From IMG/VR virus record IMGVR_UViG_3300044618_000713, positions 1 through 64,000 of that record: a stretch of DNA of 64,000 nt; one strand, written 5' to 3'. Shown in pieces: positions 1 through 8,925 of the stretch (position 1 is the first letter of the stretch; every line of letters starts with the position of its first letter). The DNA is from a virus. Below the pieces are notes generated by a model. It did not search any database, was not told where the DNA came from, and was given only the letters and a program-made list of their open reading frames with translations. The position numbers were made by a program, and so were the translations under genes.

Positions 1-210
1 ACACGGCGATTATTATCAAGTGTCTATGATGGCACAGGAACTGAAGGACGCCATGCGGCGCGGCAAGAAATGGAGAATACTAGACGATATGCAGCGCGAG
101 ACGCTGGAGATGATCGCCAGCAAGATTGGCCGCATCTTGTCAGGCAATCCGCACGAGTCCGATCACTGGCGTGACATCGCGGGCTACGCCACGCTGATCG
201 AGCGGTGGCT
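1..210 (+). repeat. Direct repeat, copy 1 (127 nt exact, similar to about nt 210)
   Basis: acacggcgat...caagatt is identical to 38075-38201; first mismatch is g128 vs a38202; homology ends at 210/38284. Confidence 0.97.
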
Positions 211-352
211 TACCTCTTGCACCGCTTCCGATGATGATCCCACTCGCCGCCACGGCGGATGCAATCCCGCCACGCCTGCTCCTGTTCGGGAGGCATCCGT
301 TTGGCCAATAACGCCAGAAGAAGAGGAAGAACGGGCCGTACAGCAGCCGTGA
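1..352 (+). CDS. DUF6378-like protein, 5'-truncated copy with read-through C-terminus
   Basis: SKIGRILSGNPHESDHWRDIAGYATL motif; N-terminus lies at 38043-38074 if phage A is circular. Confidence 0.7.
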   Translation, partial: HGDYYQVSMMAQELKDAMRRGKKWRILDDMQRETLEMIASKIGRILSGNPHESDHWRDIAGYATLIERWLTSCTASDDDPTRRHGGCNPATPAPVREASVWPITPEEEEERAVQQP

Positions 353-452
353 CTAGGCCGATCCAGAAGGACGGCCGTTGGGCAACGAGAAAGCCACCAG
401 CGCCAATGCCGATCAACAGCACAGCGACGGCGGCAATCTCAAGCCAGTTCAC
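210..452 (-). CDS. Lysis-cassette membrane protein (80 aa)
   Basis: Hydrophobic N-terminal segments, C-terminal CIRRGGEWDHHRKRC; homolog at 39496-39726. Confidence 0.75.
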   Translation of the reverse strand: MNWLEIAAVAVLLIGIGAGGFLVAQRPSFWIGLVTAAVRPVLPLLLALLAKRMPPEQEQAWRDCIRRGGEWDHHRKRCKR

Positions 453-610
453 TTCTTGGCCCAGATAGACCAGCCAGCGGCGAAGATGATGCCGAGCGCG
501 CCGATAATCTCGTTCATGGCGGTGGCGTCAATAACGCCGGTGCCGACAACGTAGCCGCCGCCAGCGGCCAGAACGGCGCGCACTACGCCCCAAACCATTT
601 CCTTCGTCAT
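449..610 (-). CDS. Putative holin (53 aa, two TM segments)
   Basis: MTKEMVWGVVRAVLAAGGGYVVG...WSIWAKK; ATG overlaps the endolysin stop; near-identical copy at 39723-39884. Confidence 0.7.
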   Translation of the reverse strand: MTKEMVWGVVRAVLAAGGGYVVGTGVIDATAMNEIIGALGIIFAAGWSIWAKK

Positions 611-1032
611 GTCTTCGCTCCTGTCTTGGTGCCGGGATACTGGACCCACGGCAGTTGAAAATGTGGCCCGTCCTTGAAACTTGTCCACGCCCCGCCCCAC
701 TCTAGCAGCACGCCTTCCTTCTTGGCTGCCACCTTCATGCGCTTGGCCAGCTTGTCGTACAGCGGCCAATCCCAGCGCACCGCGCCCTTGATCGTGCAGG
801 CCAGATCGACGGCGTGGGAGTAGCCGTTGGCGGCAGGGATGTGACGCGAGCGCAGCGTCTTGCTGGCGCCCTTGGCCTTGAGGATCTTCTGCTCCTCCAG
901 CGTGCGCACGCCGCAGGTGACGACGAAGCCCGTGTCGGCCTCGGCCCAGTCTTTAGCGCAGCGCAGCACGACGCGCACCAGGTCGGGATGGACGCCCTTG
1001 AGCTTGGCGAAGGACGCGCTGTTGAGCTTCAT
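607..1032 (-). CDS. Endolysin, M15-family L-Ala-D-Glu peptidase
   Basis: HPDL...RTLEEQ...SRH...HAVD...WGG.W...DGPHFQL motifs. Confidence 0.9.
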   Translation of the reverse strand: MKLNSASFAKLKGVHPDLVRVVLRCAKDWAEADTGFVVTCGVRTLEEQKILKAKGASKTLRSRHIPAANGYSHAVDLACTIKGAVRWDWPLYDKLAKRMKVAAKKEGVLLEWGGAWTSFKDGPHFQLPWVQYPGTKTGAKT

Positions 1033-1271
1033 TTGCGTAACGCCTCCTCGATGCTGTCAAGTTTCAACATGATGGCCCGCGTTGTCTCGCGGATCTCCTT
1101 GATCTCGCGGTCGTGCGCTGTGCGAGATGTTTCGGTCTGGGCTTGCAGAACCGCGATGGCCGTCTCATGCGCCTGTTGCTGGCGGTAGATAACCCAGACA
1201 AACGCGGCCACTGGCGCGATGATCCATTGCATGATGGCACCGAGCACTTTGAATGTTTGATCGTCAAGCAC
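1029..1271 (-). CDS. Small membrane-anchored coiled-coil protein of the lysis cassette
   Basis: One N-terminal TM plus heptad C-terminus; near-identical copy at 40303-40545. Confidence 0.7.
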   Translation of the reverse strand: MLDDQTFKVLGAIMQWIIAPVAAFVWVIYRQQQAHETAIAVLQAQTETSRTAHDREIKEIRETTRAIMLKLDSIEEALRK

Positions 1272-1277
1272 GGCACG

Positions 1278-2960
1278 TCACCTCAACCTGTTGCCTTGCG
1301 CGTCATAGGAACGCCCGTAGGCGTCAGTGAGAAAAGCGTTCTGAGCCCCCAGCACGACCGGCGGAACATAAGCCGCGGCGCGTCCAGCCGCGCGCCCTGC
1401 CTGTTGCACTCCGCTTGGCGGCGGGCGGCCTGCTAGCACGTTCTCGGCCACGTCGCTGGCGCGGCGCATGGCCATGCGATTGGCCATGGCACGGGACGCC
1501 AGCGCGGCGCCGCCAACGCCAGCAATACCCGCCAGATAAGCAGGATTGGTGGACGCAGCCGCTGTTGTGGGAATGGCGTAACCCAGTATTTTCTCTATGT
1601 TTTTGCCCGGTGCTAGTTCACCAATAGTCCGCAACGTATTTTCGGTCAGTGAACCTTTTTGCAGGCTTTGCAGTACCTCACGTTCTTTTGTTGAGAACTT
1701 GCTCATCAATCGCTTGTCGGAAACGATAGGGGCAAGACGCTCCTGCAATTCGGTAATTGCGGGCTTTTTTCCGGGCCCGACATCTATCTTGGTTAGCACC
1801 TGCTCCAGAATTTCGCCTTTGCGCGCGTTCTTGTACTGCTGGCGCGCCTGCTTGACCAACTGAACCGCGCGCTGCGGATCGCCCGACGACACTTGCGATA
1901 CGTCTAGAGTATCAAAAAAGTCGTCGAGCTTGTCTTGCACAATGCCTGCCATGCGGTTGGCCTGTGCACCAACCGCAGTAACCTTGCCCGTTTCCGCGCT
2001 GCGGCCAATCAGACCAAGGTCACTGCGCAGTTTTTCCAACTCTTCAAACGACAGATCGCTGTTTGGCCGGTTGCGCAGATCACGAATGACCCGCAGGATC
2101 GGCGCGCGGTCGCGCTGCGTGATGGCGGCGCCTTGGCGCTGCAAAGTCGTTTCAAGCTGGTTGGCAAGGTTGTCCGCAACATTAGGCAGGATGTATACGC
2201 CTTGCCGCTCCGCGCGCTTGTAGAACCGACTTGCCTGTTTACGGATGTCTTCGCCGGTCAGCAACGGACGCGGCGTGCGGCCGCCCGCCAACGTACCGCC
2301 GACGCCGCCAGCAAGAGACACCAGAAACAGCTTCAACGGGTCGGTTTCACCACCTTCGACAGCGGCTTGTGTCAGACCACCGGAACCCGCGCCGCCAACC
2401 GCTTGAGCACGCGTGCCGCGGCCTAACTCGGTCATTACATTGCGCGTCGTCGTACCTGAGCGCAGCGTCGGCGCAAGCACATTCAGTGCCTTGGCCGTTC
2501 CGCCAGCGCCTGTTGCAGCTTCCAGCCCGGCACTAAACACGCGCTGTTGCGGCGTGACGGGCTCGCGCGTACCCGGCCCACCGGCCATCTCGTATGTCTG
2601 TCGAATTGCTTCTGACGGCAGGGTCATGCGAGGCGCGCCAAACGGCGTAGCCGCCAGATTGTACGCCCCTGTACCAATATCACCAAGACCGAGCGCCAGC
2701 ACGCCCGCAGCGGCGCCAGGAGCAGCGCCTACGCCGCCCAACGGCGCGCCCACTGCGCCACCAGCCGCAGCGGCGAGGCCATAGGGCAACAACGCGCGCG
2801 TCGCTACGCCGAACCACTGCTGAAGGCTATTGTCAGCTTCGGCAGCTTGCGGGTTTTCGGCCAGCACTGCGGCGAGTGCGTCATCTTCGGTTGCGTCTTC
2901 CGGCAATCCGTCAACCGTGTAGGAAGACCCGTCTGGCAGCGTGACTGTAAACGAAGCCAT
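1278..2960 (-). CDS. Putative DNA ejection/injection protein
   Basis: Ala/Gly-rich helical 560 aa; last of three ejection-like genes after the tail genes. Confidence 0.6.
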   Translation of the reverse strand: MASFTVTLPDGSSYTVDGLPEDATEDDALAAVLAENPQAAEADNSLQQWFGVATRALLPYGLAAAAGGAVGAPLGGVGAAPGAAAGVLALGLGDIGTGAYNLAATPFGAPRMTLPSEAIRQTYEMAGGPGTREPVTPQQRVFSAGLEAATGAGGTAKALNVLAPTLRSGTTTRNVMTELGRGTRAQAVGGAGSGGLTQAAVEGGETDPLKLFLVSLAGGVGGTLAGGRTPRPLLTGEDIRKQASRFYKRAERQGVYILPNVADNLANQLETTLQRQGAAITQRDRAPILRVIRDLRNRPNSDLSFEELEKLRSDLGLIGRSAETGKVTAVGAQANRMAGIVQDKLDDFFDTLDVSQVSSGDPQRAVQLVKQARQQYKNARKGEILEQVLTKIDVGPGKKPAITELQERLAPIVSDKRLMSKFSTKEREVLQSLQKGSLTENTLRTIGELAPGKNIEKILGYAIPTTAAASTNPAYLAGIAGVGGAALASRAMANRMAMRRASDVAENVLAGRPPPSGVQQAGRAAGRAAAYVPPVVLGAQNAFLTDAYGRSYDAQGNRLR

Positions 2961-2961
2961 G

Positions 2962-4077
2962 TCAGTTCCTCTTGACAGTTACACCCGGCGGCAGCGATGA
3001 ACGGCCACCTGTAGCGGTTTCTTCTTCGATGCGCCGACGTCGCGCTTTCGTCTGTTCTACGATACCTGCGGACGGTGCGTCGCCGCGGTAACTGTACGTT
3101 TCGTCAAAAGCAGACTGCACGTTACCCTGCGCTGTTTTAAGATCAATCAGATACTGACGCAAAGCCTCGCGAAAGTCGTCGTAATCTTGCGCCTGCGAGA
3201 ACGCAGCAACGCTTTTCTCCAGTTTTGCGCCTTCTTGGTTGGACACGTTGCCGAGAGCGCCGCCGGTAGGCGAAGCATCGCGCATTGCCTGCAAAGCGGA
3301 AAAACCTGCGCCGGACATGATCTTGTCGAGAAGCGCCTGCGCCCGCGTCGCGTCCTTGAACACGTTGGGAGTGTACGCCCCAAGATACCCCGTAATGGCT
3401 TTAAGCCCAACATCGTCAGTCAGCAGTTTTTCAACGTCCTGAATGTCTTGGTCAAGGCTTGTAACTGAGCTTTGAAGGGCGCGCGTAGCCTGCGGGTAAG
3501 CCTGGTCCAACTTAAGTTTGACCTTTGGGTCCATTGCAGGTTCAGCCATCTCGTCGGGCGGCTGTTCCGTGCTGATAGGTGCTGTTTTAGCCGCTGCGGC
3601 CTGTTTGCGCTGTTCAATCTCAAGCTTGCGCAATTCAAGGTTTTGGTTCTGAATGTCGGCGTTGATACGCTGAATTTCCGTCGGGATGCGGTCGAGCAGC
3701 GTGCGGCCTGCGTCGCTGCCCGCGAGCGATGCCTCCAGCGCCGACAGGCGCAGGTCGTCGGACGGCATGGCCATCAGCTTGTCGATCTGCCCCTTAACAC
3801 CCGGCTGGATTTCGGGCGGCAAGAGGTTGTACGCCGCCGTGATGGACTCCTTGGTGCCGCCGCCCTTGAACGCGGTGGCGTAGGCAGGCGCCAGCGCGTC
3901 CACCAGCGCCGCTGCCTGCTCCTTCTGAGCCGCCTGCGCCTGCGCGGCGCGCTGCTGCTCAATGGCGTAGATGTTCTCCATGCCCGCCGTGCGCGTCTGC
4001 ATCATGGCGTTCACGTCCGGCAGGCGCGGCTGCGCCATCTGGTTGCCAGAGAGGATGATGTTCGGGTTGATAGGCAT
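2962..4077 (-). CDS. Putative DNA ejection protein
   Basis: Gln/Ala-rich with GGALGNVSNQEG motif; position between gp7-like and large ejection gene. Confidence 0.6.
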   Translation of the reverse strand: MPINPNIILSGNQMAQPRLPDVNAMMQTRTAGMENIYAIEQQRAAQAQAAQKEQAAALVDALAPAYATAFKGGGTKESITAAYNLLPPEIQPGVKGQIDKLMAMPSDDLRLSALEASLAGSDAGRTLLDRIPTEIQRINADIQNQNLELRKLEIEQRKQAAAAKTAPISTEQPPDEMAEPAMDPKVKLKLDQAYPQATRALQSSVTSLDQDIQDVEKLLTDDVGLKAITGYLGAYTPNVFKDATRAQALLDKIMSGAGFSALQAMRDASPTGGALGNVSNQEGAKLEKSVAAFSQAQDYDDFREALRQYLIDLKTAQGNVQSAFDETYSYRGDAPSAGIVEQTKARRRRIEEETATGGRSSLPPGVTVKRN

Positions 4078-4089
4078 GGCAGACGCTCC

Positions 4090-4800
4090 TTACGCGCGCT
4101 GGCCGGGCGAGGCAAAGCCCATGGCGCTATTTGTAGGCGTGATGGACCTGAGATAGTTCTGATACGGCTGCGCCGCCTGATACTGGCCATAGGCGCCCGC
4201 AGCGTCTGATGCCAATCCAGAAATGCTGCCCAGCGTGTTCGTAAACGCGTTAGCTTGTCCCATGATGCCCGCCGACTGAATATTGCCAAGCGCGGTCATG
4301 CCCTCACCGACGTTGGCTGCCTGCCCAGCAGCCGCAGCCTGCCCAACGCCCGTCAGATAACGGTACGGGTCCATGCGCGCCTCGCGCTCAGTCAGATACC
4401 GCTGGAAAGCGTTCTGGTATTCCTGGCTGGCTGCATCCTGCCCGAACCGGGTGATGTCCTTGAGCGTTCCGCCTGACTGTAGCAGTCCTCGTGCCGACGC
4501 AGACCGCTCCAGAGCCTTGAGGCCCTCGGACATGCGGAACTGGTAGCCGGGATCGGCTTGGAACTGGTCCATGCTGAACGACTGATACGGCGCAAGGTTT
4601 TGGTACTGCGTCATGGCGTTTTTACCCGCCTCAACGTAAGGCCGCGCAAGTTCCATCTGCGCTTCAAGGGCTTGTTTCTGGGCTTTGGTCTGTGCCTTGG
4701 AGGCATCTTTGACCGCCTTGGCTTGCGACCTGCCGCCGATTATGGACGCGCCTGCGCCGACAACCGCCGCCCCTGCAATTGCTGCTACTGGTCCCGGCAT
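4090..4800 (-). CDS. P22 gp7-like DNA transfer (ejection) protein
   Basis: Hydrophobic Gly/Ala N-terminus; PGYQFR...ALERSASARGLL.SG.TL motif. Confidence 0.7.
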   Translation of the reverse strand: MPGPVAAIAGAAVVGAGASIIGGRSQAKAVKDASKAQTKAQKQALEAQMELARPYVEAGKNAMTQYQNLAPYQSFSMDQFQADPGYQFRMSEGLKALERSASARGLLQSGGTLKDITRFGQDAASQEYQNAFQRYLTEREARMDPYRYLTGVGQAAAAGQAANVGEGMTALGNIQSAGIMGQANAFTNTLGSISGLASDAAGAYGQYQAAQPYQNYLRSITPTNSAMGFASPGQRA

Positions 4801-5243
4801 CAGGAAAACTCCTTCAGATATTCGTGAAGCGTCTCGCCATAGAGGTGCATCACCGTCATGGCCTTACCCATAGCAGTTGCGTGACCCTTCGTCAAAAGGA
4901 CAACCAGCAGGATCAGATCGTAATAGCCAGCCCGCCAGACGAACGACCGGGCGTCAGCCCACCCCTGCCGTTCGGCGTCGTCCGACGCCTGCCACTTGAG
5001 CACCAACGTTGCCAGCCCGGACTGAAGCGCGGCAGCGTTGGCGAGGTAGAACGGGTTGGCGGGCATGGTGACCAGCGAGGCCCAGATGGCGCCGTTCAAG
5101 TCATCACGGCTGACAGGGTCGCCGTCAGCCACGTCGTCCAGCATCTGGATCATGCGCCACACGTCCAGAAGCCACTCGACCGCTGCGGGAGGCAGATCAA
5201 GCGTTTGAAAGTGAACCGCCAGCGATTGCCCCGCAGCGTCCAT
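4800..5243 (-). CDS. Helical protein with DDxxD motif, function unknown
   Basis: QMLDDVADGD and WQASDDAER; translationally coupled within the virion operon. Confidence 0.7.
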   Translation of the reverse strand: MDAAGQSLAVHFQTLDLPPAAVEWLLDVWRMIQMLDDVADGDPVSRDDLNGAIWASLVTMPANPFYLANAAALQSGLATLVLKWQASDDAERQGWADARSFVWRAGYYDLILLVVLLTKGHATAMGKAMTVMHLYGETLHEYLKEFS

Positions 5244-5578
5244 TACGTCACCTCGCGGCCGGACACGCGGATGTTGATGGCTGACGCCGTTCCAGCGATG
5301 GTCGAGATGAACCCGCTGATGGCCAGCACATGCCCGACCAGTTCGGGAAAAGTGTACGTTTCGGACGGCTGCAATGTCTTGGTCTTGACGATCAAGTTGC
5401 TATTGCCTGCCGTATCAGCCGCTGTCACCAAGTTGACGCTGATTGTCGCCGCCGCCGCCGAATAGTTGGTCGCCGTGAACTTGTCGATGATAGCTGTAAC
5501 CCCTACCGCCGTGTACTGCGTGGTCTGGGTGTTTTCGGCTGTTTTGGCCGGGACAAGAACTTTAACCGTTACGGTCAT
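5243..5578 (-). CDS. Small beta-rich virion protein
   Basis: 111 aa, Thr/Val-rich, coupled stops and starts in the tail operon. Confidence 0.65.
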   Translation of the reverse strand: MTVTVKVLVPAKTAENTQTTQYTAVGVTAIIDKFTATNYSAAAATISVNLVTAADTAGNSNLIVKTKTLQPSETYTFPELVGHVLAISGFISTIAGTASAINIRVSGREVT

Positions 5579-6453
5579 GTTGCACCTCTGGAACTGATGT
5601 TGTCGGTAACCGTCAGTATGATTGACGGAATGGCAGGATGGACAGCGGTCGCTGGGTCACTAAACAACGACGCCGCCGTATCGGACACTTCCCACATAAG
5701 CTCAAAATAATCGCCTGCGTTCATGTCAAGCAAGAAGTTCCACGCTGCGACCGCTTCGGCGTTGTTGCCTTGGAGACGCAACGTCGTGGCTGAATTTGCC
5801 ACATCCGTACCGTTCTTGCGCAGCCAAACCCAGACGTTATGCGTGCCGCCCGCTGTGTTAACAAACTGTGCTGAGAACTGGATGTTGTAGACGTTGTGCG
5901 TGTCCACGTACACCCGCGACGTTGGCGTCCCGATATACACGCCTTGGGTAATGTCGGTCGAGTTGAACGTCATGGCGTAAGCAGTGTTGATTGCCGCTGC
6001 TGTCTGGTCGGTCGTGTCGTAGAACGATCCATACCGCAGTCGAGGCAACTGCGGCGTGTAGGCGGGGGCTACTTCCAGCGCCTGAATGCTGGATTGCAGA
6101 TTGGTTGGATCAAACGCCGCCTGCTGCGACGCTTCCAGCGCCTGAATGCTGGATTGCAGATTGGTTGGATCAAACGCCGCCTGCTGCGACGCTTCCAGCG
6201 CCTGCAACGCCGTGAGGATCGGCCCGAGATCGGACGGCAGGATACCTGACGAGATCTGCGCTGCCGACAGAATAGCGTTAAGATCTATTGCTTCGGCGGG
6301 CGGTCCTTTTTGGACGTCATCTAAAGAAACAAGGCTGTTGCCCGTCTGGTTAAACAGGCTGAGTAAGAACAAGTACCATTCGCGCGCAATCAGCCCAGTT
6401 TCCGGGTTTGTCAGCGGCACGCGCGGCGGGGTAATATTGGTGTTGTTAGGCAT
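5575..6453 (-). CDS. Tail needle-like protein (gp26 position) with C-terminal beta knob
   Basis: Follows the gp10-like gene; N-terminal PPRVPL..PETG...REWY.FL, coiled-coil repeats, beta-rich C-terminus. Confidence 0.6.
   Translation of the reverse strand: MPNNTNITPPRVPLTNPETGLIAREWYLFLLSLFNQTGNSLVSLDDVQKGPPAEAIDLNAILSAAQISSGILPSDLGPILTALQALEASQQAAFDPTNLQSSIQALEASQQAAFDPTNLQSSIQALEVAPAYTPQLPRLRYGSFYDTTDQTAAAINTAYAMTFNSTDITQGVYIGTPTSRVYVDTHNVYNIQFSAQFVNTAGGTHNVWVWLRKNGTDVANSATTLRLQGNNAEAVAAWNFLLDMNAGDYFELMWEVSDTAASLFSDPATAVHPAIPSIILTVTDNISSRGAT
6072..6204. repeat. 60-bp perfect tandem repeat (about 2.2 copies)
   Basis: cttccagcgcctgaatgctggattgcagattggttggatcaaacgccgcctgctgcgacg repeated; encodes ASQQAAFDPTNLQSSIQALE. 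Confidence 0.95.
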
Positions 6454-8077
6454 TGGTGCCGCTTATCTGCAACTCGGCACCCATAATAGCAATCTTGACT
6501 GGGTCGGTGCCGCTAACCTCGTACACGCGGTCGCGGATTTTTTCAGTCATGCCAAGGCGGCGCCAGATCGTGCGGTAGCCGTACTGGCCGATCTTGCCCA
6601 TTGAACGCCAGTGCTCGTTCGACCAAGTATGGCCGCCGTCGTCAGACCAACGCAGCATGACTTCTGGATCGTATCCTGGCGCGGCAGTATACGCAGTTGT
6701 CGTCAAGTACATCGGCGGAACAAACGGAATAGGATAGTCTGGCGTATCGACTAAGGTTTCAAATTCGTCGCCAGCTTCCGTAGTGAGCGTATCTCCGCTT
6801 TCCGTCACAATGTCGTTTTGTACATATTCAGCAATAAGAAGGTCGCCGTTCTCCGCGGCCAGATCTTCGGCATCATACGCCGGGTATTGTTCCAACCCGA
6901 CGCCCGTTTCGCAATCAAGCTGCAATGCGTGCTGCGCCGTGCGTCGCAACGTGTTTTCGCCAGTTGGCAGCGCCCGCCACGACCGCAGCCAACGCTGCGT
7001 TCCGCCGTTATAGGCGTATGTGTTTTGGTCAACAGTGTAGATATTGCCGTTTTCATAGTCGCCCAGCAGGTTTTTGCCGTTGAAAAAAACCTGCGTTTGT
7101 CCGAGATACCGCGTCCAGCTATCATCCCAACCCGCACGTTCATGCCATGCGCCGGTCGCGGCGTCATAAACCCATGTCTTTCCAACAGACGGAAACACAA
7201 GCACATAGAATGAATGGCCATCCTGCTGGTATGTGTACCCGATGGCGTTCGACAGATCGCCATACTGTTGAATTTGCCATTCGACAGCGTGCGTAGAAAC
7301 GCGCTGACCTTGGTAACCATTGGCCACATAGACAATGCCTTGGCCGCGCGGATCTTTACCCAACCAGTAAATTTGGTTGTTCATCTTGGCAACGCTGTAG
7401 CGCGCAGCGCAGCCCAGTTCGTTAAACGCACCTTGAATGCGGGCCAACGGAAAGTCTGGCAACCCGGCGTTATACCAGACTTCGGTCGAGCTGTTGCCAA
7501 ACAACCAGACTTCGCGATGGTCTACAATCATGCTGACGATGTTGTCAGGATCGCCTTCAGCACTAGCAAAATCCAACGGGTCAATGCTGGTGCCGTCCAA
7601 TAAGGCGGTCACCCACATACGCTGGCTGTTTGGCTGAATGAAAACAAAGTAGCCGTCAAGATAGTCAACGACCGAAGCACCAGGGAAGTCCTGATCGGCG
7701 ATCTGCCCAAAGACGCCGGTAAGGGTGTTGTAGATGTAACCCTTTGGGCTGGCCGCAATCATGATCTGCGTGCCGTTATCGGCCATGCTGACCAGCCCCG
7801 TGCCATCAACAGTGCCTTTGGCTGTTGCAACCCAAGCACTGTTCACTTGGTAGAAGGTATTTGCCGACACGACATAAAGATAGCCGTTGTGCTCCCAAAG
7901 CCCGCGAATTGGGCCGCTGCCGACAACAGTTTGCAGCACCAAGCCGGGGCACCGTTGAAGAAACGCAGGTTGTTTACCGCCTTCCGGCACAACTTCAGGA
8001 AACAAGTTCACCATGCGGCTGTCCGCAGCGTTTACGCTGCGGGCCGTGTACGCTGAACCAAGGATCGGCGTCTGCAT
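6446..8077 (-). CDS. P22 gp10-like tail hub / packaged-DNA stabilisation protein
   Basis: MVNLFPE, DFASAEGDPD, STEVWYN and MLRWSDDGGHTWS motifs. Confidence 0.85.
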   Translation of the reverse strand: MQTPILGSAYTARSVNAADSRMVNLFPEVVPEGGKQPAFLQRCPGLVLQTVVGSGPIRGLWEHNGYLYVVSANTFYQVNSAWVATAKGTVDGTGLVSMADNGTQIMIAASPKGYIYNTLTGVFGQIADQDFPGASVVDYLDGYFVFIQPNSQRMWVTALLDGTSIDPLDFASAEGDPDNIVSMIVDHREVWLFGNSSTEVWYNAGLPDFPLARIQGAFNELGCAARYSVAKMNNQIYWLGKDPRGQGIVYVANGYQGQRVSTHAVEWQIQQYGDLSNAIGYTYQQDGHSFYVLVFPSVGKTWVYDAATGAWHERAGWDDSWTRYLGQTQVFFNGKNLLGDYENGNIYTVDQNTYAYNGGTQRWLRSWRALPTGENTLRRTAQHALQLDCETGVGLEQYPAYDAEDLAAENGDLLIAEYVQNDIVTESGDTLTTEAGDEFETLVDTPDYPIPFVPPMYLTTTAYTAAPGYDPEVMLRWSDDGGHTWSNEHWRSMGKIGQYGYRTIWRRLGMTEKIRDRVYEVSGTDPVKIAIMGAELQISGTNA

Positions 8078-8080
8078 CGT

Positions 8081-8917
8081 TTAGGCCAATACCGCGCCGC
8101 GAAGCAAGATCACCCACCACTCACTACCCAAGAATTGAAGGACGCAAGTGTCTCCCACAGCGCCGAACGTGATACTCGTGCCGTTAGCCAAGTTAGATGG
8201 CGTTAATACGCCTGTGTCGCCGCCTGCGGCTTCAGCCACATACACGATGGTCTTACGCTGGCCTTCAACGCCATCGACCAAAGTCAAGGCGTTACCCGCC
8301 GCCGTTGAAGTGAACTTAGTGACGGATTGGGTGATATTGACGGCGCCGGGGCCAGACAGCCCCTGTACACTTTCAATTATAGCCCCATTAAAAGTTTGAT
8401 TGCCCGTAAATGTCTGCGCCGCGTCCGTCCGCGCAATGCTGGCGCTGGTAGACGGGAACGTCATCGTTGTGCTGTCCGTGCCCTCAAGTGTCAGCGAGTT
8501 ATTGATTGTCAGCGTCTTGCCGTCCGTGCCCGCAAGTGTCAGCGAGTTATTGGCCGTCAGTGTCTTGCCGTTGGCAATGGTCAGCGTGGCGCTCGTTGCG
8601 GGCGCGGTAATAGCAACCTTGTTGATGGATGTAGCTGTTGCAACGCCAAGCGTTGGCGTCACTAGCGTCGGGCTGGTGGATAATACTACCGTGCCTGTGC
8701 CTGTTGATGTAGTAGAGCCCGTTCCGCCGCGCGCAACAGTCAGTGTGCCTGTCGTACCTGCGACAATCGGCAATCCTGTAGCACTGGCAAGCGACGAGGT
8801 GCTGAACAAAAGCGCGTTGGTCAGCTTTTTGGTAACGCCGCCTTGAACAATCGGTATTTCATCCGCAGCAGTAGCTGTGGTAGCAACAGGAAGTTGAGAG
8901 ATGGCAACGTTAGACAT
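8081..8917 (-). CDS. Fibre-like virion protein with N-terminal ISQLP motif
   Basis: MSNVAISQLPVAT...; Thr/Gly-rich internal repeats (GKTLT.NNSLTL.GTD twice). Confidence 0.65.
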   Translation of the reverse strand: MSNVAISQLPVATTATAADEIPIVQGGVTKKLTNALLFSTSSLASATGLPIVAGTTGTLTVARGGTGSTTSTGTGTVVLSTSPTLVTPTLGVATATSINKVAITAPATSATLTIANGKTLTANNSLTLAGTDGKTLTINNSLTLEGTDSTTMTFPSTSASIARTDAAQTFTGNQTFNGAIIESVQGLSGPGAVNITQSVTKFTSTAAGNALTLVDGVEGQRKTIVYVAEAAGGDTGVLTPSNLANGTSITFGAVGDTCVLQFLGSEWWVILLRGAVLA

Positions 8918-8925
8918 AATTTACC

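Noticed and set aside
1-127. Repeat as attL/attR or a physical terminal repeat
   Set aside because: No integrase, the repeat lies inside a coding gene, and its exact length matches an assembly k-mer
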